Assembly (NCBI GenBank): GCA_965153355.1
Contig: OZ231126.1
Location: 37,448,001 to 37,512,000, forward strand
Length of the DNA stretch: 64,000 bases
Origin: Flaccisagitta enflata
Taxonomy: Eukaryota
Reading direction: 5' to 3'
Shown piece by piece: positions 28,403 through 43,025 of the stretch. The position numbers and the translations under genes were made by a program. How positions within the stretch are numbered: the first letter of the stretch is position 1; each line of letters starts with the position of its first letter. Below the pieces are notes generated by a model. It worked only from the letters and a program-made list of their open reading frames with translations, did not search any database and was not told the DNA's origin.

Positions 28403-28506
28403 ATACTACGACGTAGCACTCAACCTATATTCGGGCTTATCAATTAACACTATAAGCTTTTTTAGGATTTCCACTTATCAGTATCTACATGCGATCGGTC
28501 TCGGTC

Positions 28507-29466
<960 letters not shown>

Positions 29467-29476
29467 ATTACGTGCT

Positions 29477-31545
29477 CGATATCAGGGGTGTTTATAAACG
29501 CCAAATAAACGCCGTTTATAAACAATGCTATACAACTGTTTATAAACATTAAAAATGCAAGTCAAATAAACAAAAATTGTTTAAATGGCAGTAAAAAACG
29601 TTGTTTATAAACAACTATATATCACTGTTTATGAACAAAGGAAAATAAGAGATAGTTTGACCTGATCATTACAAACTGAAAATGTCCACACTAGAAAATG
29701 TTCTATTAGAAAAATCAAAATTTTGAAGGTTGCTACTGATTTTTTTGACCCCAAAAATTGTTAAAAAGAGCCCATAATTGATCGTTTATAAACACAATAA
29801 TATTGTTGTTTATAAACAACAAAAATTAAGTGTTTTGCTTAAACCGCTAAATTTTTTGTATTTATAAACGCAAAAGAATAAACAAAAATTGTTTATTTGC
29901 CCCCTATTTCTTTTGTTTATAGCCACAAAAATTGCAATGGAAATAGTACTTTAGAATCTTTTTTCTCCTCCCCCCCCTACTCCTCCTCCTCATCCAAAAT
30001 CGTTTATTTGCTCCCAATTTCCTTTCCAAATAAACAAAAAATCGTTTATTTGGCACCATAATTTGTTTTCATAAACGGTTACACTCCTTTAGAAGTTTTT
30101 GTGTTTATAAACACCAAAAATATGAACCTCATAAACGAATTTGTTTATTTGGTACCATAAATTGGATCTCATAAACAGATTTTTATATTTCTCTCCTCCT
30201 CCTCCCCCTCCTCCTCCTCCTCATCCAAAATCGTTTATTTGCTCCCAATTTCCTTGTTTTCATAAACGATTACACTCTTTTAGAAATTTTTTCTTAATAA
30301 ACAACAAATCGTTTATTTGGCAGCATAAATTGGTTTTCATAAATGTTTACACTCCTTTAGAAATTATTGTGTTTAAAAACACCAAAAATATGAATCTCAT
30401 AAACGAATTTGTTTATTTGGTACCATAAATTTGATCTCATAAACAGATTCTTATATTTTTCTCTTCCTCCTCCTCCTCCTCCTCCTCCTCCTCCTCCTCC
30501 TCCTCCTCATCCAAAATCGTTTATTTGCACCCAATATTCTTTCCAAATAAACAAAAAATCGTTTATTTGGCACCATAAATTGGTTTTTTATAAACGTTTA
30601 CACTCTTTTAGAAATTTTTCTTAAATAAACAAAAAATCGTTTATTTGGCACCATAAATTGGTTTTCATAAACGTTTACACTCCTTTAGAAATTATTGTGT
30701 TTATAAACACCAAAAATATGAATCTCATAAACAAATTTGTTTATTTGGTACCATAAATTGGATCTCATAAACAGATTTTTATATTTTTCTCTTCCTCCTC
30801 CTCCTCCTCCTCCTCCTCCTCATCCAAAATCGTTTATTTGCACCCAATATTCTTTCCAAATAAACGAAAATTGTTTATTTGGCACCATAAATTGGTTTTT
30901 ATAAACGTTTACACTCTTTTAGAAATTTTTTCTAAATAAACAAAAAATCGTTTATTTGGCACCATAAATTGGTTTTCATAAACGTTTACACTCCTTTAGA
31001 AATTATTGTGTTTATAAACACCAAAAATATGAATCTCATAAACAAATTTGTTTATTTGGTACCAAAAATTGGATCTCATAAACAGATTTTTATATTTCTC
31101 TCCTCCTCTTCCCCCTCCTCCTTCTCCTCCTCCTCATCTAAAATCGTTTATTTGCTCCCAATTTCCTTTCCAAATAAACAAAAAATCGTTTATTTGGCAC
31201 CATAAATTTGTTTTCATAGACGTTTACACTCCTTTAGAAGTTTTTGTGTTTATAAACACCAAAATTATGAACCTCATAAACGAATTTGTTTATTTGGTAC
31301 CATAAATTGGATCTCATAAACAGATTTTTATATTTCTCTCCTCCTCTTCCCCCTCCTCCTCCTCCTCCTCCTTTTCATCCAAAATCGTTTATTTGCTCCC
31401 AATTTCCTTTCCAAATAAACAAAAAATCGTTTATTTGGCACCATAAATTTGTTTTCATAAACGTTTACACTCCTTTAGAAGTTTTTGTGTTTATAAACAC
31501 CTAAAATATGAACCTCATAAACGAATTTGTTTATTTGGTACCATG
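29477..31545. repeat. AT-rich element with tandem array of ~240/320-bp units containing (CCT)n and many TTTATAAAC/ATAAAC motifs
   Basis: CATCCAAAATCGTTTATTTG(C/G) ... AAATATGAA(C/T)CTCATAAAC recurs ~6 times between 29990 and 31545. Confidence 0.88.
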
Positions 31546-31856
31546 AATTGTAGAGTCGCGTGTCCGCGACTAAAAATTAAGTATTTTGAATTCTCTACAA
31601 GATGGAACCAAGCAGAAATCATGATTCTTATTCGTTGCCAAGCTAATTATTTCAAAGCTGGTTACTCTAAAAAGATTTAAATAAGATTTGAGATTTCTGA
31701 GTGGTTATCTTTAAAGCATCATAACTTCTAAAGTTTTGAGGCTAAAACGTTCTATGAAAGCTCAAATGAAAGATATTTTGAAGCTCTTTAAAACCATCTT
31801 AGTTTTAGGTTTGTCTTTACTCAGTGCTAAATCTGATCAAGAAGCTGTGATCTGGT

Positions 31857-32530
31857 TCTTGGGCAGTGGCCCCAAAGGGGCACGTGACCTGTGCTCACCT
31901 GGAGAAATTTCTCCTCCTTTTCTCCAGCCCCTATTCTCCTCCTTCTCCATGCCCCCCCTCAGACAGAGTCTGTAGCGCCAGAGCCCAAATCCCAGCCTCA
32001 AGTCCCAATTCCCAGCCTCAGGCTCAATCCAACCTCCAGGCTCAAATCCCAGCCTGCTAGTCAGCCTCAGGCTCAAATCAACCTCGAGGCTCAAATCTTA
32101 GCCTCAAGGCTCAAATCCTAGCCTCGAGGGCTCGTCTCCTAAGCACCTAGGCTCAATCCGCCACTGGGGCTCAAATCCCACCTTTGGAGGCTCAAATCCC
32201 AGCCTGGAGGCTCAAATCCCAGCCTGGAAGCTCAAATCCCAGCCTGGAGGCTCAAATCCTAACCTCGAGGCTTAAATCCCAGCCTCTCAGCTCCAATTCC
32301 AGCCTCCAGGCCCTAATTCCAGCCTCCAGGCCCTAATCCCGGCCTTAAGGCCCCAATTCCAGCCTCCAGGCCCTAATCCCAGCCTTGAGGCTCAAATAAA
32401 GACAGCATAGGTCATCGGCCCCTTCGGGGCCGCTGCCCCACTAACCACCTCACACCCTCATACACTCACATAGGGGCAACAGGTGACCATAGGGGCAACA
32501 GGTGACCATCTAACGCTTTTGCGACTATCT
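31857..32530 (+). mobile_element. Helentron-like interspersed element, family B, with internal ~21-bp tandem repeats
   Basis: 5' TTGGGCAGTGGCCCCAAAGGGG and an inverted copy CCCCTTCGGGGCCGCTGCCC ~90 bp before the 3' end; internal GGCTCAAATCCCAGCCTGGAG units. Relatives at ~9170, 26110-26410, 33940-34406, 46720-46865 and 49316-49942. Confidence 0.65.
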
Positions 32531-33329
32531 ATTTTGCCACTGTTACTTAACAATATCTAAAGTGAGGAGTCTTTGGAGCTCTAACTGGTGTTAAATCTGA
32601 GCCGATCACAACTATCCTTTAAATATCTTTAAAAAATATTCCCACTTCTGAAAAATGAATTGCTTTCATAATCAAATGGTCATATTTGAGACAAAAATCA
32701 TTTTTTTTACCCCCTAATTAGTGCCCCCTCTAACATATTCGAACAAGGCCGGATACACGGCCACCAGTTGCGGACGGGTGCGCAGGCGGTAAAGCCATAC
32801 GTATGGCGTTGTTTTCCACGGTTTTGGTTCGGGTTTGGAATACCTCAAAACCTTTTCTCGGGTTTATCGCGGCTTTATATCGGGTTTTTAGTTGCGTGCA
32901 CGCAACTCTACAATGTACTTGTCCGTCGGTTGGTTGGTTGGTTGGTCAGTCAGTCGGTCGGTTGATCACACTTTACTTTTTCTTATGATTTTATTACTTT
33001 AACCTCACTGCTCCTGCCCAAGTGGTCTGGTGACCTCAAATATGGCCCTGCCCACCCGATACAACTTTGGTAGCCGTGTGCCGGCCTTGTTAAATAAGTA
33101 TGGGCAAAAAAATGTTTGGTTATTTGCCAAAGAGAAAAAAAGAAATGAGAGAAAAAAAAAGAGAGAGACAAATAAATGAAAGAAAAATAAATGAAAGAAA
33201 GAAAGAAAATAGAGAAAAAAGGGGATAAAAAATTGAAAAAAAAGAAACAAATACACAAATCTGAGATAAAAGGTTTATAAAAAAGGGGAGAAGAATAAGT
33301 TAAGAAAAAAAAAACAGCAAATAAATGCA

Positions 33330-33458
<129 letters not shown>

Positions 33459-33484
33459 TCATAGACATACACACATTCATAAAT

Positions 33485-33515
<31 letters not shown>

Positions 33516-35176
33516 AAATATCATTAAGAAGGTGAGGAAAAAATACAAAAACGATTTTATAAATGAGATTTAAAGAATAATACAAAAACAAAAATATCCT
33601 ATGAAACAAAGTCGGGCCTGAAGCCAAAACCGAATTTCGGGTTTGGCCTCAAAACCCAGCCTCAGCCTTCTGACGGCCAAACCCGCAAGGTATTAGTGGG
33701 CAGGGGCGGAAATACGCGTTTTCACTTTGACTTGCTGCTCACCAACGGACCGACGGATCGACGGACGGACGGACGGATGGACTGATGGAAGGACGGACGG
33801 ACGGACGGACGGACGGACGGACGGACGGATGGACGGACGGACAAAGAATGAGATTCTAAAAAACCTAATAAATCATTGAACATTCGGTAAAGCAATTTCA
33901 GAAAATATCTCAAACAGATAGATTCTGTCTGTTCTAAATGATAGTCACAAAAGCGTTGGATGGTCAGCAGTACCCACGCTACTTAAGTAGGTTATGATTA
34001 TAGTTGTGGAAGTGTGCAGAACAGTAGCTCCAAAGAGGTCGATGACCTATACTTTTACATGGGGGAATTTTCTACTTCTCCTCCTTCATTCCCCATCCCC
34101 TCCCAGTGGGGCTCCATGCCCATATTTCAGCCTCAAGGCCCATGTCCGCGTCTTCAAGCCGAAAGCCATTGAGGCTGGGATTTGGGCCTCAAAGATAGGA
34201 TTTTAGCCAAAAGATGGGATTTTGGCCTTGATGTTGATATTTGGACCTCAATACTGGGATTTTGGCCTGAAGGTCGGGATATGGGTCTGGAGGCTGAAAT
34301 ATGGACATGGAGGTAGGGGGGGGGAGTTATGTAGGAGGAGAAGAAGGAGAAAAATCCCCTGTGTGAATGCATAGGTCATACACCCTTGTGGAGCCGCTGC
34401 CCAAAAAGAAAAAAATACAGAGAACTTGAAAATAATCAGGGGGTGCTAAACTGACAAAAAAAAAAATTATGTGACCCTTCAAAACATAGGCGAGAAAAAA
34501 ATTGTCATCTTCGAGTTGGGCTGGGATGATTTGGAAGTTTTGAAGGTTGATCAACTTTTTGAGACCTGCAGAGGAAAACTGTTTTCCAATTAACTTTTGT
34601 GACATTTAAGGAAGTTGGTACATTTTTAGTTGCGGACACGCAACTCTATGAAGAGCTTGTCCATCTGTCAATCCGATCCGTCGGTCCCGTTGGTCCGTCA
34701 GCACGGAGTCGAAAAGTGGGAAAACGCGCATATCCGCCCTGCCCACCCGTCCACAACTGATGGCCATGTATCTGGCCTTGTTACTTTTGATGCGATTTTT
34801 GGCAATTTTCTGGCAATTTTTTGGGTTTGGACACCTCTACGTAAAACATAAGAGGCTTTGTCCATCTATCTGTTTGTCAGTCCGTCCGTCTATCCATTGG
34901 TCAACAATGATTGAGTCGAAAAGTGGTAAAATGCGCATTTCCGCCCCTACCCGCCCATACGCAACTGGTGGTCGTGTATCCGGCCTTGTTTTGAATTTCT
35001 TTTTCTTTTTTTGCATTTACAGTGTTTTTTTTCAAAAATGAGATACGGAATTAGCTGTTGGAAATTTAAAATGTTTTAGAAGATGGTTTTGAATGTGGCA
35101 AAAAATTGAGCGCACCAGTGGGTTTCAATCACATGTGCACACATCACATCTCACACACACTTTTTTTCTCTCTGAC

Positions 35177-35279
<103 letters not shown>

Positions 35280-35917
35280 TAAAAAACTTTTGCCGAATTT
35301 TTGAAGGCTCCTGCCCTCTTTTTCATAGGCGTGAAAATCTGTAACATGGATATACAAAACAATGTTTTTTGTAAATCGACTGAGGATGAACGCTATCGCT
35401 TTCTCGTCTCTCTCTTTCTCTCTCTTCTTCTTCTCTTTCTTCTCTCTCTCGGGTATATAAGAAGCGCAGTTTGGTTTCTCGAGGCAGTTGCCCAGATTTC
35501 CTTTCGCTTTTCTTGCTTTCTCGTTCTTCTTTTCATATGAATATATGGTATTCGCATTTAGCCACTGTTCTTCTTTAGGCCTTTACCGGTCTTCCAGTGG
35601 CGCCCTACTCATGGGGCTCGCTAACTTCTGACCACTCTCGCTTAGCTAACCTTCTCTCTTTTTCTTTCTTTCTTCTCTTTTACTTTTCTTTCTCTTCTCT
35701 TTTTCTCACCTCTCCCTTCCTCTCCCTGGGCCTCTTTCTTATGGCCCCCATTTTCTCTTTTTCAACTCCGAGTTTGGGTTCATAGCCCAGTTTCTCGAGA
35801 CGAAATTCTCAGCATTCTTTTTCCTCTTCTTCGATCTTTTTCTCTTTCGCGATGACTATGATAACGATGATCGCGTAACGCGCAGTTGTCTCTCTCTCTC
35901 TCTCCTCTTTTTCCTAT

Positions 35918-36732
35918 CACGGCGTCCAGGAACAAACCATAGGTCTAAAAAAATGCTCAAGACTCCTGACCTGGGAAAAAGTCTTTTTTGATGCATTAGC
36001 TATCAATTTATGGCAAAAATTAAAAAATCGGCTTGGAAATATAGAATTGATGGTCAAATAATAGCCCAAAAAGGCATTTTTAAGCATTTTTTGGATTAAA
36101 AATTGTATTTATGGCCTCTAAAAGTATGTAGAAATGTATTATTAGTTTGGCTACAGTGGTTGCACTAATGCTTTTACCTACTATAGTTTGTTCAGAGTGA
36201 TTTTCTAATAATCAAAACAAAAAAATGCCAAAAACTGTTGTAAAAATGACTATTTTTGTTATTTTTTTCTAATCTATAAACTTTAACTCTTATTAAAACT
36301 AATGGATTATATTCCAGCATGTGTATCTCAATAATGTTTCTACACTTTTTATAGTCTTCAAGAACTTTTTATAAGTAATTATGAAAATTGGCTGAAAAAA
36401 AATCAATTTTATAGTTTGAAATAGTTTTTTTAGTTTTTATCTATAAAATAACCCTCTGAACTTACCAAATAGGTAAAAGCATTATTACAGCAACTATTGC
36501 CACACTTTTCAGATATTTTTTAAACAGCTTGAAGCTACAATTCTAATTTCTGATATAAAAAATATATAAAAATGCTTCATTTTTGCTATCTTTAAGCTTT
36601 GAATTCTATATTTCCAAGCCGATTTTTTAATTTTTGCCATAAATTGATAGCTAATGCATCAAAAAAGACTTTTTCCCAGGTCAGGAGTCTTGAGCATTTT
36701 TTTAGACCTATGGTTTGTTCCTGGACGCCGTG
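35918..36732. mobile_element. Non-autonomous DNA transposon, Chapaev/CMC-like MITE
   Basis: Apparently perfect 131-bp TIRs (35918-36048 and 36602-36732), termini CACGG...CCGTG, 4-bp TSD CTAT. Confidence 0.9.
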
Positions 36733-36846
36733 CTATTGAAGAAAAATCTTTTTCTCTTTTTGTACCTTTTTTTCTTTTTTAGAGTCCTTCGTTCATAGGT
36801 TTGCATTTCAGTGATATCCTTTTCACTGCTTCCTACTCTCTCTCTT

Positions 36847-36955
<109 letters not shown>

Positions 36956-37569
36956 TTCCCTCTTTTATCAGTTTAACATCAATGTGATGTCAGTGTGATA
37001 TCTGTGTGATATCGCTTTTTTTCTTTCTATTCTGTCTTCTTTTTCCTTCACCAGCCATCATGGTTGACGCTCTCTATGAGATGCGTATAGACGAAATGAG
37101 CCGTTTGGCCACTCTAGCTGACCTGACCGTCTTTCTCTTTCTTTATTAACTTGTCTCTCTTTCTTTTCTATTTTCCTTTTCTCCCCTCTCCCTCCCTTTC
37201 CCAGGGCCTCCTCCTTTAGGCCCCCATTTTCAACTCCGAGTTTGGGTGCATAACCCAGTTCTCAAGGCGAAATTCTCGGCATTCCTTTTCTCTTTCCTCG
37301 GGGACAGGAGCAAGTCAAACTGCCCATCACATAATTCCCTAAAACTTCTTCTACTCACTTTGCCTCGACGCGACCGAGCAGTGGCCGCTGGGCCATATGT
37401 TGACCTAACAGGCATGCCCAATCTTTAAAAGGCGCATCTTTTTGTTTTCTGTCTTCTTCGCCAGAATAGCCCCCCCCCCTTTTCCTTTCCCCTACCACTT
37501 CGCCTTCCCCTCCAGCCCTCCTCTTTCGAAATATTTCTTTTTTCTCAACTGATTGGAATTTGGTCTTTG

Positions 37570-40500
37570 CCCTCACATGCATATCTTCAGCTAGCATGTA
37601 AAAAAAAAAAATCTTTGAGATTGGCAAAAAAAGTGATTTCTATGTAAAATTGCATCAGGAATCCATTTTTGATGTTTATAGGGCCCTACGAGGGGCCCCT
37701 AGAAACGCCTCAAGCTGTGTATACGTTGTGTAAAGTAATGACTTAATTTGGCTATTTTTGTTGAAAATTTTTTGTTTAATGAGACCCCAACCCCCAAATT
37801 TTTTTGGTGGTAATATGTGATGTAAGAGACTGAAAAAAAAAAATATCATCATATGGTAAAGTGATGGTTGGGGTACCTAAAAAGGCCCAAAAAGGGCCCG
37901 TAAAACATAAAAATATCATTTTTTTATTTATTGCGCGTCTAAAAATGCTTGGATTCCTATAAAATTTGAAATGGAACTTCTCATTTTATGCAACAAGCTT
38001 CCTGCAGGATTTTGTGGCCACTTTTGAACAGCTTCATGTTGAAATTATAATAAAAAAACAAATTTCGACAAAAAAGCCAATTTTGAGTTTTTTTGTGAAA
38101 ACACTATTTCAAGGTCCCTGAATCTAATTTTTTTTGAAAATGGTTAGTCATGCATCTTGGGAGATCCCAGAAAAAATTTCAGCAGATATTTCCAAAAAAT
38201 AGTCGAGTTATGCAGGTTCAAAATGACTGTCAAATGAAAAAAACCTGTTTAACTTCCAGGCATAGTACTTTGAAAAATCATACTAAAAGTACCTGGAAAA
38301 TAGTTATCTTCAAAAGAACATGTATGGGGAATCCATTACTGGTGGTTTGGGGCTCTATAAGGGCCTCTCGGAATCACTAAAAAACTAAAAATGACCTAAT
38401 TTAGCTTTTTTGTAAAAATTTCTTGTTCAAAGGGCCAATCCTTCCAAATTTTTTGGGCTATACTTCTTGATGCTGAGAACTGATGGAGAGAATCATGATG
38501 TTAGGTGACAGTTGGGGGTACTAAAGGCTAAGGGCCCGTAAAACATAAAGATATCATTTTCTATTCACTGTGCGTCCTCAAAAATTTGAAATGGAAATTC
38601 TCATTTCATGTAAATAGCTTCACTAAAATTTTTGTCTATATGGGAATAACTTCATAGTAAAATTATGCTCAAACAAAATTCGCCCCAAAAAGGGCCCCTA
38701 AAACCATTACTCTTGGGTCTGTTATAATGGGTTACAACTATTCAGACACAAAGGAATCTCATAACAGGGGGAGGGATAAAAATGGAAAGAGGGCAGTGAG
38801 TGACAAGAGGGAGAGAGGAGAGAGAGAGAGAGAGAGAGAGAGGGGAAGAGAAGAAGAAGAAGAGAAAAGAGAGAAAGGAAGAAAGAAAGAGAGAGAGAGA
38901 AGAGGAGGTAGTGGGGAGTAGGGGAGACTGGTGACATTAAAAGAAAATGAAATTGGTCTGAAGGTGGGGGAGACTTTAATTTTGTGGTTTTTCTATTTTT
39001 CATGAAATACTCAATTAGGGAACCAAAATTAACAGTGAGCTTTGCACTAAATGCAAAGTTCTATTTCAATTTTTTGAGAAATCCAAAGCATTTTTAAAAA
39101 ACACAATGAATAAGAAATTACATATCATTGTTTTATCACCCACGTTTTGGGAAACCTGCTCAGGTACCCCAAACATCACCTACCATCATCATTCTTTTTT
39201 TCAGTCTCTTTCATCAAGAAGTATTCTTACCTCGATTTAGAAGGGTTGGGTCTCTGTTGATAGGACTCTTTTTCTGAATATAGCAGAAACAGGCTGTTTA
39301 GTAGGAAGATCTTTTAGTGCGTTTCACAAAGGGTTTATATGGGACCAGCCAAGCCATCACAAAATAGATTCTATTCTGTTTTTAATCTGTGTTTCTTTTT
39401 TGATTACTCTTAGTAGAGATTACTTTCATGCAAACCAGCCTCTCTTCCTTTTTCATCCAACAGGTCATTTAAACAATTTTTTACTTAGCATTTTTAAAAA
39501 TATCTGCCTAAATTTGCACTCTGGGACATTTTAAAGATGCATGAAACCATTTAGAAAAAAACAAGGCCAACACCTATAAGTCGCGTGCGAGACATAGATA
39601 ACCTGTTATGACTCAAATTGATTTAAAATGACTTAAGATGACTGAAAATAACTTAATATAGTGATAATGACTTATACGACTATATTGACTACAAGTGACA
39701 TAAGCGACTTAATATAATATAAATAAGCTCAAGACGAGCTTACAATGACTTACAGCTGTACTAGAATGACTTAGAATGACTAAAATGGCCTAAAATGACT
39801 GGGAATAACTAAAAGTAATAAAAAGAATGATGTTTGACCAACGGACTGATGGACGGACAGAGGGACGGACCAAGCGGGTTGTAGAGTCGCGTGCACGCGG
39901 CACAAGAAATTGGATTCCATGACCTTAGAAATAATGTCTACATGTGAGAAAACTAAAAAATATTGACATTTTTGATAAATTTTATTTTTTAATTATAATT
40001 TTAACGAATCTGTTCTAAAGCTTTTTACATAATATGAGAATCTCCATTTCAAAATTTTTTTTTGGAATCCAAGCATTTTTGGACGCGCAGTGAATAAAAA
40101 AATGATATCTTTATGTTTTACGGGCCCCTTTCGGGCCTTTTTAGGTACCCCAACCATCATCTACCATCATGATTCTCTTTCCATCAGTCTCTTACATCAA
40201 GAAGTATAGCCCAAACAAATTTGGAAGGACTGGGTCTCTTTAAACAAGACAATTTCTTAAAAAATAGCCAAAATAAATGCATTTAGCTTTTTTGGGGTGT
40301 GTTTTCAAAAGGCCCCACTTTGGCAAAACCCAAACCACTAATGATAAAGATTTCACATACATTTCCTTTTAATTTGTCTATTTTCCAGGTACTTTTAGTA
40401 TCTTTTTTCAGTTCTACATTCTTAAAGTTTCAAAATTGTGTTTTTTTCATTTAACAGGTCATTTTAGTGTAATAACTCAAGCCATTTTTTGGAAATATCT

Positions 40501-41112
40501 GCTGAAATTTTTTCTGGGATCTCTCAAGATGCATGACTAACCATTTTCAAAAAAAAATTGGATTCAGGGACCTTGAAATAGTGTTTTCACTTGTAAGAAT
40601 ATAAAAACTGGTTTTTTGGCGAATTTATTTTTTGGAGCCTCATTTTCAACATGAAACTGTTCACAAGTGGCCACAAAACTTTGCAGGAAGATTGTTGCAT
40701 AAAATGAAGTTCGATTTCAAATTTTGTAGGAATCAAGAAAGCAGTTTTAAAATGACATAATGAATAAGTAATGTTTCTTCTGTTTGCAGACCTTTTGGGC
40801 TTTAGTGCCCCAACCATCACTTACCATCATGATCATTTTTTTTTCAGTCTCTTACATCAAGAAGTATTACCACCAAAAAAATTTAGGGGTTAAGGTCTCA
40901 TAAAGCAAAAAAATTTCATCAATAACAGCCTAAATAGACTATTTTTGGCTGTTTTTATAATTGCATTTCTGGGGCCCCCTCGTAGGGCCCTAAAAACATC
41001 AAAATGGAATCCTGATGCAATTTTACATAGAAATCACTTTTTTTTGCCACCCTCAGCCATTTTTTTTTCTTACAAGAAATAACGCAGATAGCTGAAGATA
41101 TGCATGTGAGGG
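37570..41112. mobile_element. 3.5-kb foldback-type non-autonomous DNA transposon
   Basis: Termini CCCTCACATGCATATCTTCAGCTA ... TAGCTGAAGATATGCATGTGAGGG, both flanked by TTTG. Imperfect inverted arms extend ~1.1 kb (e.g. 38098-38200 against 40484-40588). No transposase ORF. A family-A element is nested at ~39560-39903. Confidence 0.85.
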
Positions 41113-41599
41113 TTTGGGTCAATTTTAAGATCGACTCTCCCTCTATCGCTCCTTTTGCCTTTTTTCCTTTCCTGAGTGGATTGACCAGTTGTCTACACGC
41201 TCAGAGATGCATTCTTATCATAGGCCGATGCATTCTTATCACAGGCCTACTTGGGCCAACAAATGATTAGGTGAGATCGATCCTATGTTGGATAAGACTT
41301 TTGTTTTTACACAACTGCCATTTTCTTTTTCCTACTTCCAGTAAATCATTTTTCATCTCCATTTTTGACTTTTTCTTCTTTTTCCTGTATTCTTCAACTT
41401 TTAATCGTCTCTTTCTCAGTATTTCAGTTCAGAATGGGATCGGACTTGATCTGTATAATTTTTGAAGAATTAGAATTAGAATTTGAATTAACAACATGTA
41501 TTGCACATCAGGCTATCTGCCACGATGAGGAGCAAAAATCAAAGAACGACAACTAATCTAGTAGCTAAACGAGGTGCCATTTTCCGAGATATTCTTGCT

Positions 41600-41740
41600 C
41601 TCGATTGGGGGGCAGTGGCCACGGGGTAGAGCACAGAAGTGGCCACTTTCAAAAGTGGCCACTCAATTAAGAAGTCTTATTGGTCACTTGACTTAGCAAC
41701 ACACGTGGGCACTTGACGTGGCCACGTCACGTGATCACTG
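41600..41740. promoter_or_regulatory. Dense cluster of palindromic transcription-factor motifs (candidate promoter/enhancer)
   Basis: TGACGTGGCCACGTCA (41714-41729), CACGTG twice (41702, 41728), GTGGCCAC four times, ATTGG twice, and an X-box-like half site TTAGCAAC. Confidence 0.55.
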
Positions 41741-42477
41741 CTGTTGTTCAATCATGTCACCACTTCGGTCAACCACCTCTCCTCCTCCTCCTCTTTCTCC
41801 TCCTCCTCCTCCTCCTCCCCCACCACCACCTTCTCTTTTTTGTTATTTGTGAAACGCTTCAGGTCCCCATTCCTTTTGATATTTTTGTTGTAATTTGACT
41901 TTTTTTTGTCTTATTTTTCTTCTTCTTCTTCTTCAAATGCGAAGTTTATGACTATGGGTAGTCAGTGATGATAAAAAACGTATGTTTTTATTCCGAATTT
42001 TCGAACTGATTGCACAGAACATCATCAGGGAATAGAATGGCAAGAGAAAAAAGGAAAAACTATGGGATAGAGAGAGGAGGAGGAAGGGAAGAAGAATGGG
42101 AAATGGGAATAATTTTTCTTTTTCTTTTTCTTTTTCTTTTTCTTTTTCTTTTTCCTCTTCTTCTTCTCCTTCTTCTTCTTTTTCTTCTTCTCCTTCTTCT
42201 TATTTATTTTCATTCTCAATTTGCCTTTTTTTCTTTTTAGTCGCAGAGTAGCGACTATGATCTTTTTCACCTACAATATTACATGGATCTTTTTTAACCA
42301 TTATGTTAATTCATTCAATTCCTTCACACATTCATTCATTGTTCAATCATTCATTTATTCTGTTTTACCAACCATCCATTCATTCATGACCAAGTTATGT
42401 GGGTTACGATACCATCGCATTTTCTGAGAACTTACGTAAAACCCTATTCCACACCCTCTCCACACACAGACAGACAG

Positions 42478-42701
<224 letters not shown>

Positions 42702-42764
42702 ACTTGAATTCTTCAGGTATCTTGCATAATCTGTCTGCCAATTTTTGCAATTTCGTCTTTCTCT

Positions 42765-43025
42765 AAGGGTGTGTTTTTAGTGAAGATGAATAACGCGTTT
42801 CTCTCAGTGAAACGCGATAACAGCATGAAAACATATTCATCAATTTCAACTGTCCCACAGGGAAGTGAGCAAAGTGAGTGAGCAAGCCTGTGAACAGAGC
42901 GAGCGTAGCAAAGCAGAATGCTGCGGAGTGAGTGAGCGGAGTGAGCGGTGCGAGCGAACAAACATAGCGAGCGACCGACTGGCCCGTCTAAAATGCGATT
43001 GTTTCTGACTAGAAACGCCCCCTTT
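42765..43025. mobile_element. Small MITE with internal GAGC/GAGT repeats
   Basis: Imperfect TIRs AAGGGTGTGTTTTTAGT / ACTAGAAACGCCCCCTT. Confidence 0.5.

Noticed and set aside
31930-31965. GGMEK on the - strand as the missing GAMEN exon
   Set aside because: It is inside a family-B repeat, with no WGL or HEXXH following.
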